IMG/VR virus record: IMGVR_UViG_3300045988_085326
Coordinates: 64,001-128,000 of that record
Source: a virus
Reading direction: 5' to 3' (one strand)
DNA length: 64,000 nucleotides
Shown here: in pieces, positions 21,701-31,484 of the stretch
Position numbering within the stretch: position 1 is the first letter of the stretch
Layout of the letters: each line of letters begins with the position of its first letter
The notes under the pieces: generated by a model
What the model saw: only the letters and a program-made list of their open reading frames with translations
Database searches by the model: none
Told to the model about the DNA's origin: nothing
Translations under genes and position numbers: made by a program

Positions 21701-24700
21701 GCTGTTTATCTAATCTGCTTAAATTAGTTTCAAGGTCTTCAAGTTCCAAATTAATGTCATGATATCTATCAGCCTCATCTTCAAGATATTCCATATAATC
21801 TGGGTCTTTTTTGCTTGAACTACCGCTATCACCCGAAGTTCCTTTTCCAGAACTAATATTAGAAAATGTTTTATCTAAATCTGTTCCAGTTGCTCCAATT
21901 TGAGCAATCATACCCTCAATATCATTTGCTGCAGCTCCAGCAGAATCTGCCAATTCAACATATTGTTCAGCTAGTCTTGCCCAAGTTTCACTGCTTTTAC
22001 TATTAGCTGAATTAAGAGCATTTTGAGTTTGCTGAATAATTGAAGCTTCACTAGATTGTCCTGTAGAACCAGAATAATTTATTCCTACTGTCCCTGTAGT
22101 TGCAGTGCCTCCATTAGCAACTGCGTTCATATTAGCTATTGCAATAGATGCTCCATCATAAGATGAATCTGCCATAGATTGAAATGCACTTTGCCAATTT
22201 TGAGCAACAGTTTGAGCATTAATATTAGAACTATCTGCAATTTCTACTGCGTTATTCATCTCAGATTGAGAAGACTCTTGACTATTATACTCTTGCAAAT
22301 TTGCTAATTCAGAAGAAATTGTTGCACGCGCGGCTGCTGCTTCTTCATCAGTTGCGGTTTCATTGTGAGCTAATATTAATGCAGCATTAGCCATATTCTG
22401 ATAAGACTGCTGTTTTGCTCTTAATAAAGTTGCTTGATTATTTAATTTATCAATCGTAGCTTGCGCATCTGCTTGAGCTTCAGATTCCGCCATACCCATT
22501 GCTGATTGTACTACTTGTTCATTTAATTGAACAGTTCCATCAGCTAATGTTGTCATACCTTCTAAAATACCTGGGAAAGTATTATTTAATGCTCTTACAT
22601 CTTCTGCAGCGACAATAAAATCTTCTCCAATTAAAGAAGCTTTTTCTTTTATATCATCAAAAGCATTAGAAATACTGTTAAACTCTTGTTCTGCTTCTGA
22701 ATGAATTGCTACATCAATTTCATACTCTTGATTTAATAAATCATCCATTGCAGTCTCAAAAGCTTCTGGGTCTGCATCTATATCAATAGTAATATTACCA
22801 TTATCTTCTGAAATAAATTCATCAACTTTTTCTTTTGCTTCGTCCGCTTGACTAATTAAATCTTCTAAGTTAATTGCATAAAGCTTATTTTGAACTATTT
22901 CAAGTGCTTCCGCATATTCTTGAGTACCTACTAACCAAGTCTTACTTAATAAATCTGCTGCAGCTGTTAAATCTTCATCTTTATCTTTAATATTATCTAA
23001 TTGATTTAATAAATCAGCATATTCTTCACTTTCGCCAATATTACTTGATGTAATATCTCCAGTTTGAATACCACTTATTAAAGTTTCAATATCAGATTTA
23101 GCAGATTTTACAGAATTTAAAATTTTTTCTTCCCAAGCAGAAGAATCGTATTTATCTAATCCTGCATTCCAAGCATCTAAAAATTCCTCTGATGTTCCTA
23201 AACCTAAAGCCTCTAAATCATCTTCTGTTAATCCAAGAGCTTCTAATAAAGAATCTTCATCTAAGCCAGATAATTGAGCTACTTCTTCTGGTTTTAAATC
23301 ATTAAAAATACTTGAAAAATCAATAGAAGAAATATTTCCATCTGCATTTGCTAAAGTATTTAATAACGCACCAGTAATATTAGCATCAAATTGTTTTCCA
23401 AATTGGTCAGCACCTTGTTGTAATTTATTAAGAGCATCAACAAAAGCAGTACCAGTATCTTCAGAAGTTTGTGCAAATTGTTCTGTTAATTGGTCAATCT
23501 GAGCCTGTCTTGCTAACGCATGACGCATAACATCGTCAGATACAGCATCTACAATTTTAGTTCCTGTCTCATCTTTTACAGTACCTTTATTTATTCCACT
23601 CTTATAAGTAAAATCAGTTGTATCATAACCTAATACTTTTTCTGCATAAAGCATAGCAAGGTCTTCATCATCGTCAATACTATAATTCGCCCCAGCCGCC
23701 TTTAAAATTTCATTAGTTTTTGAATTAGAGGTTGCTTTAGAGACATCAATCGAAGCAATCGCATCTGCTAAAGATTGTTCATTAGATGGACCATTTGCTA
23801 AAGCTGTTGTAGTTGCAGCAATTAACTGATTATATAAAGATTCATTAGTATTACCTTCTTCATCAGTAGCCATACCTTCTAATCTATCTCCATAGGTATC
23901 TTCAACTACTATACCCATGATTTGTTCGGCATAATATTCATTAGCTTTTTTAGCATCATTCATTGAATCTGCTAAATCTTCTAATGCTTGTCTATTAGAA
24001 ATAATACTATCAATATTATCTGTTACTGCCTTATCTAATGAATTTCCCATTGCGAGTAACTGTTCTTTAAGCTGTTCATCAGAAAGTGCAACTCCATTAT
24101 TAGCTTCAGTTAAATTTGCTATTGCTTGTGCAGCATTTTGTAATTCATTATTCGTAAAATTACGGAAAATTTCTGTACCTTCAGAATTTATTCCAGTATC
24201 TACGACAGAGCCAATATCTCGACCTAAATTAGTTGTATTACTCTTTAATTGTGCTTGATTTGAAATAATATTTGCACCATATGTTTGAGTTTGAGCTTTA
24301 CTTACAGCTTTCTCTGCATCTTCTATCGCTTGATTTAAAGCATTTTCATCAATGGTAATTAAACCATTATTTATACTCCATTTATCAAATAAACCATAAG
24401 TTTCAATTAACTCTCTTGCTTTATCATTTGCATTCTCTAATGCTTCTGAATATTCATCTGTACCTTCAGTTAAATCTTCTAAAGCATCAATAGCATCATC
24501 ATATTCAGAAATATTATTTTTTAATTCAGTTGCAGCATTATTTAATTCATTATATCTTTCAGTTAAATTTTTAACCTGATTAGCAGCTTCTTCTGCAGCG
24601 TTTGCATCTGCATTATATGCATCAATGCTTAATTTAACTACTGCTACAAGTGCTCCTACTGCTGCGGCTATTGCAATAATAATTGGAAGAACTGGAGCTA

Positions 24701-27293
24701 AAGCAGTCCATAACATTCCAATTGCTGCAGTTAAACCTGTAGTCGCGGCTGTGGCACCAATTTCCGCCCCTGTAACACCTGCTAAACTTAATGCTATTGT
24801 AGATAAGCCTGTAGCTAATCCAGGAATAATCTTAGCAATATTAGTAAAGTTCATTATCAATATTGGCAAAGAAAATAATAATGTTGTAATAATAGCTTCA
24901 GCTTTTTCACCAGCAGTTAAATCTTGATTGTTTAATGTCTGAATAATACCAGATAATGTAGTCATTAAAGATACTACAGTCATTAAACCAGAAACCGCTT
25001 GAGATAATAATTGCTGTCTCTTAGCTTGTTCTGTTGTTTGGTCAATTATTCTTTGTCTAGCTTGTTGCTCTTGTTGTAACTGTTCTAAATGACCATTTTC
25101 TATATTTTGTCTGTATTGTAATGCTTGGTTAGCATCTGCAATACCTTGCTCATTCTGTTGGATAAGTCCTCTTTGTTGTTCAATTAAATTATTAAGGTCT
25201 CCCTCTTCAAGTGCCTCATTTTGAACTGTTTCCAAAATCTGTAATTGTTCAGCTGAGATTCCCGCTAATAATTCTGCGGTTTCACTATTCTCATTAAAAA
25301 TTTCTTCTCCAAGTTGAGCAATTCTTGTGCTATGGGTCATCCAAGTCTCTTCAGACTGATTACATAATTCTAAATATTCTAATAAATTTCTCTGGGCTTG
25401 AACTTCTTGTTGTTTAAATTCAATACGATTAGTAATAGTTTGAGTGCTATCTTTTTCAGTAAGGTCAATTCCTTTTAATAACTTACCATAATTAGTTGTT
25501 TCTTGAATTTCTTGCTCTAATAATCCAATTTTTTGTTGTTCAGCAGTTAATTCATTATATTGTTCAGATGTTAATGCTTTACGAACTTGTAACAACTGAT
25601 TAGCAATAGTTGCCTCTTTTTCAACAGCTAGTTCATTTGTAACATTCTGCCCAGATACAGCATGAGCATCAATAATTTGTTGCTTCATAGCAATAGCATC
25701 TGAATTTGTACGATAAGCATCAATATTTATTAAACTCTGATTTATAGCTTTACCAATTTGATTACTAAAAACATTAGCAATAACACTGCCCATATGAACA
25801 ATAGAGTTCATGCCACCATTTAAACCAGTTAAATAGTTATTAAAGATTTCTAATGCTCCAGTTGCTGTATCCATGAAATCATTAACAGTATCCTGGTCAA
25901 ATAAAATATCATAAGTTTTATCTGCTTCAGTTCTTAATTGCTCTAAATGTGCAGCTGTAGATTCCATATAAATATCTTGCTGATGCTGTAATGTTTCAAC
26001 TGCGTCAACAGAAGTATTAACAGCTTCATTATACATATCCCAGTTTTCAAATAAAGCAAGCAAGTTATTATATTGTCTCTTACCAGCTAAATCAATAGCT
26101 AAAGCTTGCTTTTCTGCTTCAGACCAAGCTCCACTATTCCATTTATTACCAACTTCTTCAATAACCTCTCCAAGGTCACGCATAGAACCTTCTGCATCTA
26201 AAATATAAACACCCATAGATTCAAGAGAAGAAGATACTTCACCTAATGAAACACCAAATTCATCTTCTCCATCTAATTCTAGGTCTTCCATACGCGCAAA
26301 GATAGTTTTAAATGCAGTACCCGCGGATTCTGGCGCTTGACGAGTTACAGATATAACTGTAGATAACATACCATTTAATTTATCTATATCTACACCCATC
26401 GCGGCCGCTGCAGATGCTACCTTACTCATACCTACTGATAATTCTTCTAGGTCTGATGCAGTTGTAGCAGCTACTGCCGCTAATTTATCAACGTATAGTT
26501 CAGTTTCTTCTGCTGTAACTTTATAACCGTTCCATACAGCAGTGAGTTGTTCTGAAACTTCTTCACCAGTTTGACCAGTTACATTAGCTGCCTTTAAAGT
26601 AGTTTCTGCTCTTGCCTGAGCTTCTTCATCAGATAAACCTTGCTGATAGTAAATTAAAGATGCTTGTGTATAATCTAAAGTACTCGCACCTAAAGCTTTT
26701 GCCGCACTATTAGCTTGTCTAGCAAAAGTTTCCATACTTTCAGCGCTTTTATCTGTTACTATACGAATATCATTTAATGAACTATCCAAATTCTTAGTAT
26801 AAGTATAAGCCTGTTGGACAGAATTTGTTAAATTATTAAAAATACTAGATGTAATACCCCATTTAACAGTATTAGACATCGTAGTAGCCATATCATCTAA
26901 AAGTTTATTACTTTGTTTTAATTGTAAGTTAGTATTTAAAACACTACTAGCAAATTTATTATATGCAGTTGCAGCAGTTGTCGCTCCAGTACTACCTGCA
27001 TTTCCTGCTAAGGTAAAAGAAGCTCTTAACTGCTCAACACTACCATAAGTAGCTTTAATGCTATTATTTAATTTACTTAAATCTAATTGATTTAATTTAC
27101 CATTCCAAGCATCGTTAAGAATAGTTTGTAACTGTTGAGCCGCTTTAGAAGCTTCTTTTAATTCAGTAGTTAAAGTTCCACTTTTTGATGCTTTATTAGC
27201 TTCTAATTGGACTTGTCTTAAAGCATTTTGAATTTCATTTAATCCTGCTTTATCAACAGTATAACCAACTTGAAAATTAATTCTATTAGCCAT
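18729..27293 (-). CDS. tail tape measure protein, 2854 aa
   Basis: Long coiled-coil-rich ORF with a central hydrophobic/TM block and a Gly/Ser-rich linker (GGGSSGGDSGSSGGSGGGSGGGSGSGGDG) before a C-terminal globular domain. Sits upstream of fibre/baseplate genes. Followed by a strong terminator at ~18695..18730. Confidence 0.8.
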   Translation of the reverse strand: MANRINFQVGYTVDKAGLNEIQNALRQVQLEANKASKSGTLTTELKEASKAAQQLQTILNDAWNGKLNQLDLSKLNNSIKATYGSVEQLRASFTLAGNAGSTGATTAATAYNKFASSVLNTNLQLKQSNKLLDDMATTMSNTVKWGITSSIFNNLTNSVQQAYTYTKNLDSSLNDIRIVTDKSAESMETFARQANSAAKALGASTLDYTQASLIYYQQGLSDEEAQARAETTLKAANVTGQTGEEVSEQLTAVWNGYKVTAEETELYVDKLAAVAATTASDLEELSVGMSKVASAAAAMGVDIDKLNGMLSTVISVTRQAPESAGTAFKTIFARMEDLELDGEDEFGVSLGEVSSSLESMGVYILDAEGSMRDLGEVIEEVGNKWNSGAWSEAEKQALAIDLAGKRQYNNLLALFENWDMYNEAVNTSVDAVETLQHQQDIYMESTAAHLEQLRTEADKTYDILFDQDTVNDFMDTATGALEIFNNYLTGLNGGMNSIVHMGSVIANVFSNQIGKAINQSLINIDAYRTNSDAIAMKQQIIDAHAVSGQNVTNELAVEKEATIANQLLQVRKALTSEQYNELTAEQQKIGLLEQEIQETTNYGKLLKGIDLTEKDSTQTITNRIEFKQQEVQAQRNLLEYLELCNQSEETWMTHSTRIAQLGEEIFNENSETAELLAGISAEQLQILETVQNEALEEGDLNNLIEQQRGLIQQNEQGIADANQALQYRQNIENGHLEQLQQEQQARQRIIDQTTEQAKRQQLLSQAVSGLMTVVSLMTTLSGIIQTLNNQDLTAGEKAEAIITTLLFSLPILIMNFTNIAKIIPGLATGLSTIALSLAGVTGAEIGATAATTGLTAAIGMLWTALAPVLPIIIAIAAAVGALVAVVKLSIDAYNADANAAEEAANQVKNLTERYNELNNAATELKNNISEYDDAIDALEDLTEGTDEYSEALENANDKARELIETYGLFDKWSINNGLITIDENALNQAIEDAEKAVSKAQTQTYGANIISNQAQLKSNTTNLGRDIGSVVDTGINSEGTEIFRNFTNNELQNAAQAIANLTEANNGVALSDEQLKEQLLAMGNSLDKAVTDNIDSIISNRQALEDLADSMNDAKKANEYYAEQIMGIVVEDTYGDRLEGMATDEEGNTNESLYNQLIAATTTALANGPSNEQSLADAIASIDVSKATSNSKTNEILKAAGANYSIDDDEDLAMLYAEKVLGYDTTDFTYKSGINKGTVKDETGTKIVDAVSDDVMRHALARQAQIDQLTEQFAQTSEDTGTAFVDALNKLQQGADQFGKQFDANITGALLNTLANADGNISSIDFSSIFNDLKPEEVAQLSGLDEDSLLEALGLTEDDLEALGLGTSEEFLDAWNAGLDKYDSSAWEEKILNSVKSAKSDIETLISGIQTGDITSSNIGESEEYADLLNQLDNIKDKDEDLTAAADLLSKTWLVGTQEYAEALEIVQNKLYAINLEDLISQADEAKEKVDEFISEDNGNITIDIDADPEAFETAMDDLLNQEYEIDVAIHSEAEQEFNSISNAFDDIKEKASLIGEDFIVAAEDVRALNNTFPGILEGMTTLADGTVQLNEQVVQSAMGMAESEAQADAQATIDKLNNQATLLRAKQQSYQNMANAALILAHNETATDEEAAAARATISSELANLQEYNSQESSQSEMNNAVEIADSSNINAQTVAQNWQSAFQSMADSSYDGASIAIANMNAVANGGTATTGTVGINYSGSTGQSSEASIIQQTQNALNSANSKSSETWARLAEQYVELADSAGAAANDIEGMIAQIGATGTDLDKTFSNISSGKGTSGDSGSSSKKDPDYMEYLEDEADRYHDINLELEDLETNLSRLDKQQKKLYGQDLINNLNEQLDILEKQKAAYEVKLQIAKAEAQELRNLLAMQGVAFDSNGYMTNYASALQAKLDYVNSVIAQYNAMSAEEQEGFKTTVEAAKEDYETFKSQMERYDELVSSFIPEIEDAIQDAVDKEIEINIQKFTMEVELRLDMAEAERDFNEFKRKVIDGIKDDNILGIAKSKLKDYTSYFNTEGTGTGPIQKLTDQINDTMDQIKQINDNGWADVYGDNKAQAMEDLQKYYEELMQQLEDVVDLVDEIKESYLDMIDEAVEAFDKQVDQYEYIKDLLNHDMNVVGLVYGDKAYAQMAQYYEKIEQNNNQELDFLKKRVAYAEEMMQKETDPEAKEKWEEEWMDALEKLNEKVEDSIQNIIDKYQNTINQVFDELNKKVTNGKGLDYVNDEWDLINKNADQYLDTINSMYAIQDLENKYLEALDQTDSLSAQQKLNDMMNEQLGMLKDKDKLTQYDVDRANMLYEIALKQIALEEAQQNKSKMRLRRDSQGNYSYQFVSDEDSIAQAQQDLLAAQNDLYNFDKDKYKENLNEIYEYYVEFQEKYAEIMSDMSLTDEERQERAKLLTEQYGELINGLVEQNETIKQNLHESTFMTLEGLYAADADSFREMTGKDIEAFRDLTDAEKDLVINDLIPQWDSGVQHMADVFAGEGGFIPTCKDAFEELDQATHDYQDSFDELESAAGVDFDAISEGYDENIEKAQDLLYANDDLINKYMEEIDAILDVIAQLEDLIAKYEEAQAAAIAATEAAYAFVQAQKEAAAAAGDDFGGGSSGGDSGSSGGSGGGSGGGSGSGGDGVPKVGDVVTYTGGLYYYDSYGTKPTGSRGPGKKVTITHLNPSAPYPIHVQSSDSAYGWLKQSQISGYDTGGYTGDWGDSSGKLAFLHKKELVLNDDDTSNFLTAIGIVRDMAGMLNNLNANIMDRLFSLSTGFGIPMSGISTASDTLEQNVHIEASFPNVQNSQEIEDAFNNLVNIASQRAFKTKK

Positions 27294-27371
27294 CTATCTC
27301 CTTTTTCCTCCATTTTTTCTCAAAATAAAATAAGCCTTTACTACCAATATATGATAGTAAAGGCTTATCTT

Positions 27372-27980
27372 TTAATCTATTTTGCCCGCCTCATCAACAG
27401 GCTTAATATTCTGTCTCAACCCTCTTAATGGTCTATCACCATTAGCAGCTTCTGCAAACTGAATAACTTGTTTATATTTTTCTGGATTAAATGAATCAAC
27501 TATTTTTACTGCGGCTTCCGCATTCTTAGGTAAATCATTGATAAGACTTTGAATAACAGCTCCCGCAGTATTACGATAATTTAAACTATCTGAAATAATT
27601 TCATTAATACATGTATATAAGAAATTATATTCACTTTCTTCAATAGTTTCTAATAATAAATCAATAAAACCATTGCTCTTTAAAGTATCATATAATTTTA
27701 ATTCATTCTCCTTTTGTTTATCTGTAAAAGATAAATTGGTATACATATAAACTAAATGTAAATGGAAAAATACATCAACTTTCATAGCATTATAAATACC
27801 ATTTTCAAATGCTTTTTGCAATGTAATCATTACCAAATCATATTTATCCTCAATAGGAAGATACTTTAAAACTTCAATTTTATTCCCTTCAAAATCGAAA
27901 GTATTAATAGAAGTATCAACTTTTAATTTTAAATTAGCATAACTAACTTTCATATCTTTTTTTATCTCCTTTTGTCTCAT
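27372..27980 (-). CDS. hypothetical protein, 202 aa, possible tail assembly chaperone by position
   Basis: Immediately upstream of the tape measure gene. No motif evidence. Confidence 0.35.
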   Translation of the reverse strand: MRQKEIKKDMKVSYANLKLKVDTSINTFDFEGNKIEVLKYLPIEDKYDLVMITLQKAFENGIYNAMKVDVFFHLHLVYMYTNLSFTDKQKENELKLYDTLKSNGFIDLLLETIEESEYNFLYTCINEIISDSLNYRNTAGAVIQSLINDLPKNAEAAVKIVDSFNPEKYKQVIQFAEAANGDRPLRGLRQNIKPVDEAGKID

Positions 27981-27990
27981 TTATAATATA

Positions 27991-28019
27991 ATTATACTAC
28001 AAAATTTTTCTTTTGTCAA
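27991..28019 (-). promoter_or_regulatory. internal sigma-A-type promoter upstream of the chaperone-like and tape measure genes
   Basis: Minus strand TTGACAAAAGAAAAATTTTGTAGTATAAT; near-identical to the promoter at 43474. Confidence 0.5.
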
Positions 28020-28022
28020 GTT

Positions 28023-29102
28023 TTAATAACTATAATTTCCAGAAAGAACTCTATCATGAACTTCTTGCAATAGTTGAGAAGCAGCCTCGTTAGTCATAGT
28101 TTTTAAATGATTTCTCAAACGACCTTTTTTACGAAGTGTTTCTTTTTTCTCTTCTAATTTTTTAATATTAAAATCATCCGCTAAAATTTCTTTAGCAAAT
28201 TTAGTAAACTGAGCTAAACCTGGAATTGAAGCGTTAGCTGATTTAATAGCGTATTCAATATTACCAACTGTAACGTCACCTTGTAATAAACCAGATGCTG
28301 AATCAACTTTTCCAACTTCTTCCATATAATCTTGAATATTTTGTTCCATATCATTTTCATATGTTTTTCCTAATCGTTGTAAAACAATAGCAGCATATGC
28401 TTCGTTAATATCACCTTCTGCGGAAACTTTCATTAGATTCCACTTTTCCGGCGGATTTGGATTAAGCCACATAACAGTTTTTATTTTACTATATCTATAA
28501 CGCCACATAACTTCTTTATAAGTAGCATCTAATTTTGCCATATTAATACTTTCATCAAATAAATTATCCATTCTTGCTTGCTGAAGTCCGCTTATTTCAT
28601 TTTTTAATGTTCCAAAACGTGCAGTTAAATTATAAGTTCTTGATGCAGTATCATATTTTAAATAATCAGTTATATTTCCTAATTGATATAATTCTGGAGT
28701 TCCTTCTGCATTTTCAAATACAAATACAGTTTCCACTTCTTGACCAAGTGCAATATTAGCAGCCTCTTGTAATTCAAATGCAGCACTTACGATTTTTTGT
28801 GGCATTCCGCTATTATAAAAGTTATCAGTAATAGTTTTATATTGCTTATATGCTTCAACTTCTTGATAAACATTTTTATCTTTTCCATAAGATTTAATAA
28901 GTTGAGATTTTCGTTTTTGTGCATCTCTAAATTCTTGTAGCGCAACTCCAGCATCTGCCATAATCATTTGATATTTTTGAGCTGCTGCTTTTAGTTTTAT
29001 AAGACGTTCATCAACTACTTCTTTTAATGGATTATTTAATGCATCTAATAATTCATTCTCAGCCTGTGATAATTGTAATTCATCAGTCTGTATTTCATAC
29101 AT
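28023..29102 (-). CDS. hypothetical tail-module protein, 359 aa
   Basis: ORF with RBS. A sigma-A-like promoter at 27991..28019 lies just downstream of it. Confidence 0.45.
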   Translation of the reverse strand: MYEIQTDELQLSQAENELLDALNNPLKEVVDERLIKLKAAAQKYQMIMADAGVALQEFRDAQKRKSQLIKSYGKDKNVYQEVEAYKQYKTITDNFYNSGMPQKIVSAAFELQEAANIALGQEVETVFVFENAEGTPELYQLGNITDYLKYDTASRTYNLTARFGTLKNEISGLQQARMDNLFDESINMAKLDATYKEVMWRYRYSKIKTVMWLNPNPPEKWNLMKVSAEGDINEAYAAIVLQRLGKTYENDMEQNIQDYMEEVGKVDSASGLLQGDVTVGNIEYAIKSANASIPGLAQFTKFAKEILADDFNIKKLEEKKETLRKKGRLRNHLKTMTNEAASQLLQEVHDRVLSGNYSY

Positions 29103-29163
29103 ATAACATCACCTCAAGATAAAAAAATAAAGGAGGACAATTAAATTGTCCTCCTATTTAATT

Positions 29164-30102
29164 TTAGCCAAGAGCATCTGCGCTAGAAGAAGCGTCTGTA
29201 ACACTATCTTCTTTTGCCTCTTCAATCTTTTCACCTGATTTATGAGGGAATACAGATTCACCATCTGGTTTTACAGCCTCTTCTGCGTCATCAATAATTT
29301 GCATAGCGCATAATACTTTCTTAGTAGGATTGAAATAAGTATATCCTGGGAAAGCATCCATTGTGAATGTAAATGTTGATGGGTCTCCAGTAGAAGCCAT
29401 TGTGAATGTAAAGTTAGACTGAATTTTAACATTAGGGAATGTTAATTCAGCTGGCATATCTACACCGTCATTTTGGCGTCTAAATAATGTAGAAGCTTCC
29501 ACATAGTAATAACCAGCAAAGTTTTCTGCATCAATTTGTAATTCAGATACAGAGTTAGCTTTCTTTGTAATATAGAAATCTACAAATACAGTTTTACCTG
29601 CTGCTACAGTACCTTCTAACTTTTTACCATCTGAACTTACTGTTAAACCTTCAATAAGTTCTCCTGTGATAGAACCATCTGCCTCAGCAACAGCAACAAA
29701 TACTGGTGCAGTAGCACAAATCTTTTCATTTTGATTTAACGCATCTGATAAATCAATAGAGTTTTCATCACTATAGGCAACAGAAGTTGTATGAACATGA
29801 ACTTCTTCTGATTCAGTTCCTTTTAGTAATCCAGCACCAGATAAGATTGCAAATCCCATAGGAGATAATAATGCATCTTCAACAGTAAATGTTAAAGTTT
29901 TTTCACCTTCCCATGCAATCAATCTAGTGTTACCTTTACCACCAGTTGCATATACTGTTGTAGCTGCGCCTTCTGTGGTAGAAGTTTTTGCTGTATCGAT
30001 ATAAAGAACTGGCTGACCCTTTTTGAATATCTTATTTCCGATTTTTACAGTTGACTTAGCTTTAAATACTACGTCACAAATCTCGCGTACACCAAATTTC
30101 AT
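29164..30102 (-). CDS. putative major tail protein, 312 aa
   Basis: Position upstream of the chaperone-like and tape measure genes. Thr/Gly/Ala-rich beta-like composition. Call by position only. Confidence 0.4.
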   Translation of the reverse strand: MKFGVREICDVVFKAKSTVKIGNKIFKKGQPVLYIDTAKTSTTEGAATTVYATGGKGNTRLIAWEGEKTLTFTVEDALLSPMGFAILSGAGLLKGTESEEVHVHTTSVAYSDENSIDLSDALNQNEKICATAPVFVAVAEADGSITGELIEGLTVSSDGKKLEGTVAAGKTVFVDFYITKKANSVSELQIDAENFAGYYYVEASTLFRRQNDGVDMPAELTFPNVKIQSNFTFTMASTGDPSTFTFTMDAFPGYTYFNPTKKVLCAMQIIDDAEEAVKPDGESVFPHKSGEKIEEAKEDSVTDASSSADALG

Positions 30103-30140
30103 TTAGGCATCCTCCTTATAAATTTTCAATTTAATATAGA

Positions 30141-30875
30141 TTATGAATGAATATCTTTCATCCAATTATCTACTTCTTCTAAATCCTTGGCTCCCGCCAT
30201 TTTTGCTTGAACATATATATCATATCTTTGTTTCAGTTCAAAACGATTAAATTCATCAAATAATTGATAAATAGTATAGCCTAACAGAGTATCAAAACTT
30301 TTATTTTCTCCAACAGAAAGGATAGATATATATCTACTTAAAAGATTAATTTTTTGAGCTTCTCCTTTCGCGGCTGCCGCTTTCTGTCTTCCTTTTTTCA
30401 TCTTTTCAGCAAGTTCTTTTGCTTTTTCCCCTGCTGGATTATAATCCGGTTCAGAACTGCGACTTTTTAAACAAAACATAGCAACAACAATTTCTTTAAA
30501 ATTTTCAAAATTTTGATTATTTATGCTATGAATATCATCGCCTTTTATCAAAGATATACAATCTTTTTGTATGCGAATCTCATACTCTGGAAACATTAAA
30601 GTTAATACCATAAATGCACTAATTTTACCTTTTTGTGCTGTCAGACTTTTATCTTTCATTATTGACATAAATACTTCAAAATTTGTTTTATCTTCTAAAT
30701 TAGTTTTGTCCTCTGTAGCTAAGACATCTTTAGAAAAGTTTAATAATTCGCAACCAATAAAAAATGCTTCTTCACCTATAAAAGAAATTTCTTTTATAGT
30801 AGGTTGATGAATACTGATTTGAGCTTGTTGAAATGGAATATCGGTTCCAGATAAAAGCAACAAATCGTTTAACAT
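30141..30875 (-). CDS. hypothetical head-tail joining region protein (start trimmed to MLNDLLL with GGAAG RBS)
   Basis: ORF. The internal ATG at 30875 has an RBS and its ATG overlaps the TAA of the upstream gene. Confidence 0.4.
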   Translation of the reverse strand: MLNDLLLLSGTDIPFQQAQISIHQPTIKEISFIGEEAFFIGCELLNFSKDVLATEDKTNLEDKTNFEVFMSIMKDKSLTAQKGKISAFMVLTLMFPEYEIRIQKDCISLIKGDDIHSINNQNFENFKEIVVAMFCLKSRSSEPDYNPAGEKAKELAEKMKKGRQKAAAAKGEAQKINLLSRYISILSVGENKSFDTLLGYTIYQLFDEFNRFELKQRYDIYVQAKMAGAKDLEEVDNWMKDIHS

Positions 30876-30876
30876 T

Positions 30877-31464
30877 TTAATCTTCCTTTTTAGGAATTTG
30901 GTCATCAGTTCCATGAATTGCTCTATAACTTATACTATATCCAGATAAATCTTCACTAAGAATTATCTGACTGCCGCCCGCAAAAAACAATTCACCAATT
31001 CCTGATAACTTACTTTTATTTAAAAGACCGTCAATGTAACCACATATTTTAAGCGGTCTTAATCTATAATTTCCAATGTCCCAATAGTCAGTATGACAGA
31101 TTACATCAAAATTGATATTGCAATCTCTAAATTCAGGGTTTTTAGCATTAGGAGTAAAATTATCAAAAGAAATAATAATATAAGCCTTGACTTGCTCATG
31201 CTCTGATAAACGAACTTTTGGTTCTAATTTAATATATCCTTCTTCACGCAATTTAGCAATAGACATATTATTTAATTTCTCTATATATTTTGGATTATCT
31301 TTATTATCTAAACAATCCTTTGCACTAATAACTAATAACCTTTTTAATTCATCACTATAAGGACGGCTTTCAACAAATAATTTACGCAGGATAGTTTCAG
31401 TATCTTTCTCACAAGATAAGAAAGATGATTGTAATTCTGGTAATCTTGCTAAATCTCTTTTCAT
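30877..31464 (-). CDS. hypothetical protein, 195 aa
   Basis: ORF in head-tail connector region. Confidence 0.45.
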   Translation of the reverse strand: MKRDLARLPELQSSFLSCEKDTETILRKLFVESRPYSDELKRLLVISAKDCLDNKDNPKYIEKLNNMSIAKLREEGYIKLEPKVRLSEHEQVKAYIIISFDNFTPNAKNPEFRDCNINFDVICHTDYWDIGNYRLRPLKICGYIDGLLNKSKLSGIGELFFAGGSQIILSEDLSGYSISYRAIHGTDDQIPKKED

Positions 31465-31484
31465 CTTAAAACTCCTTTTATTTC

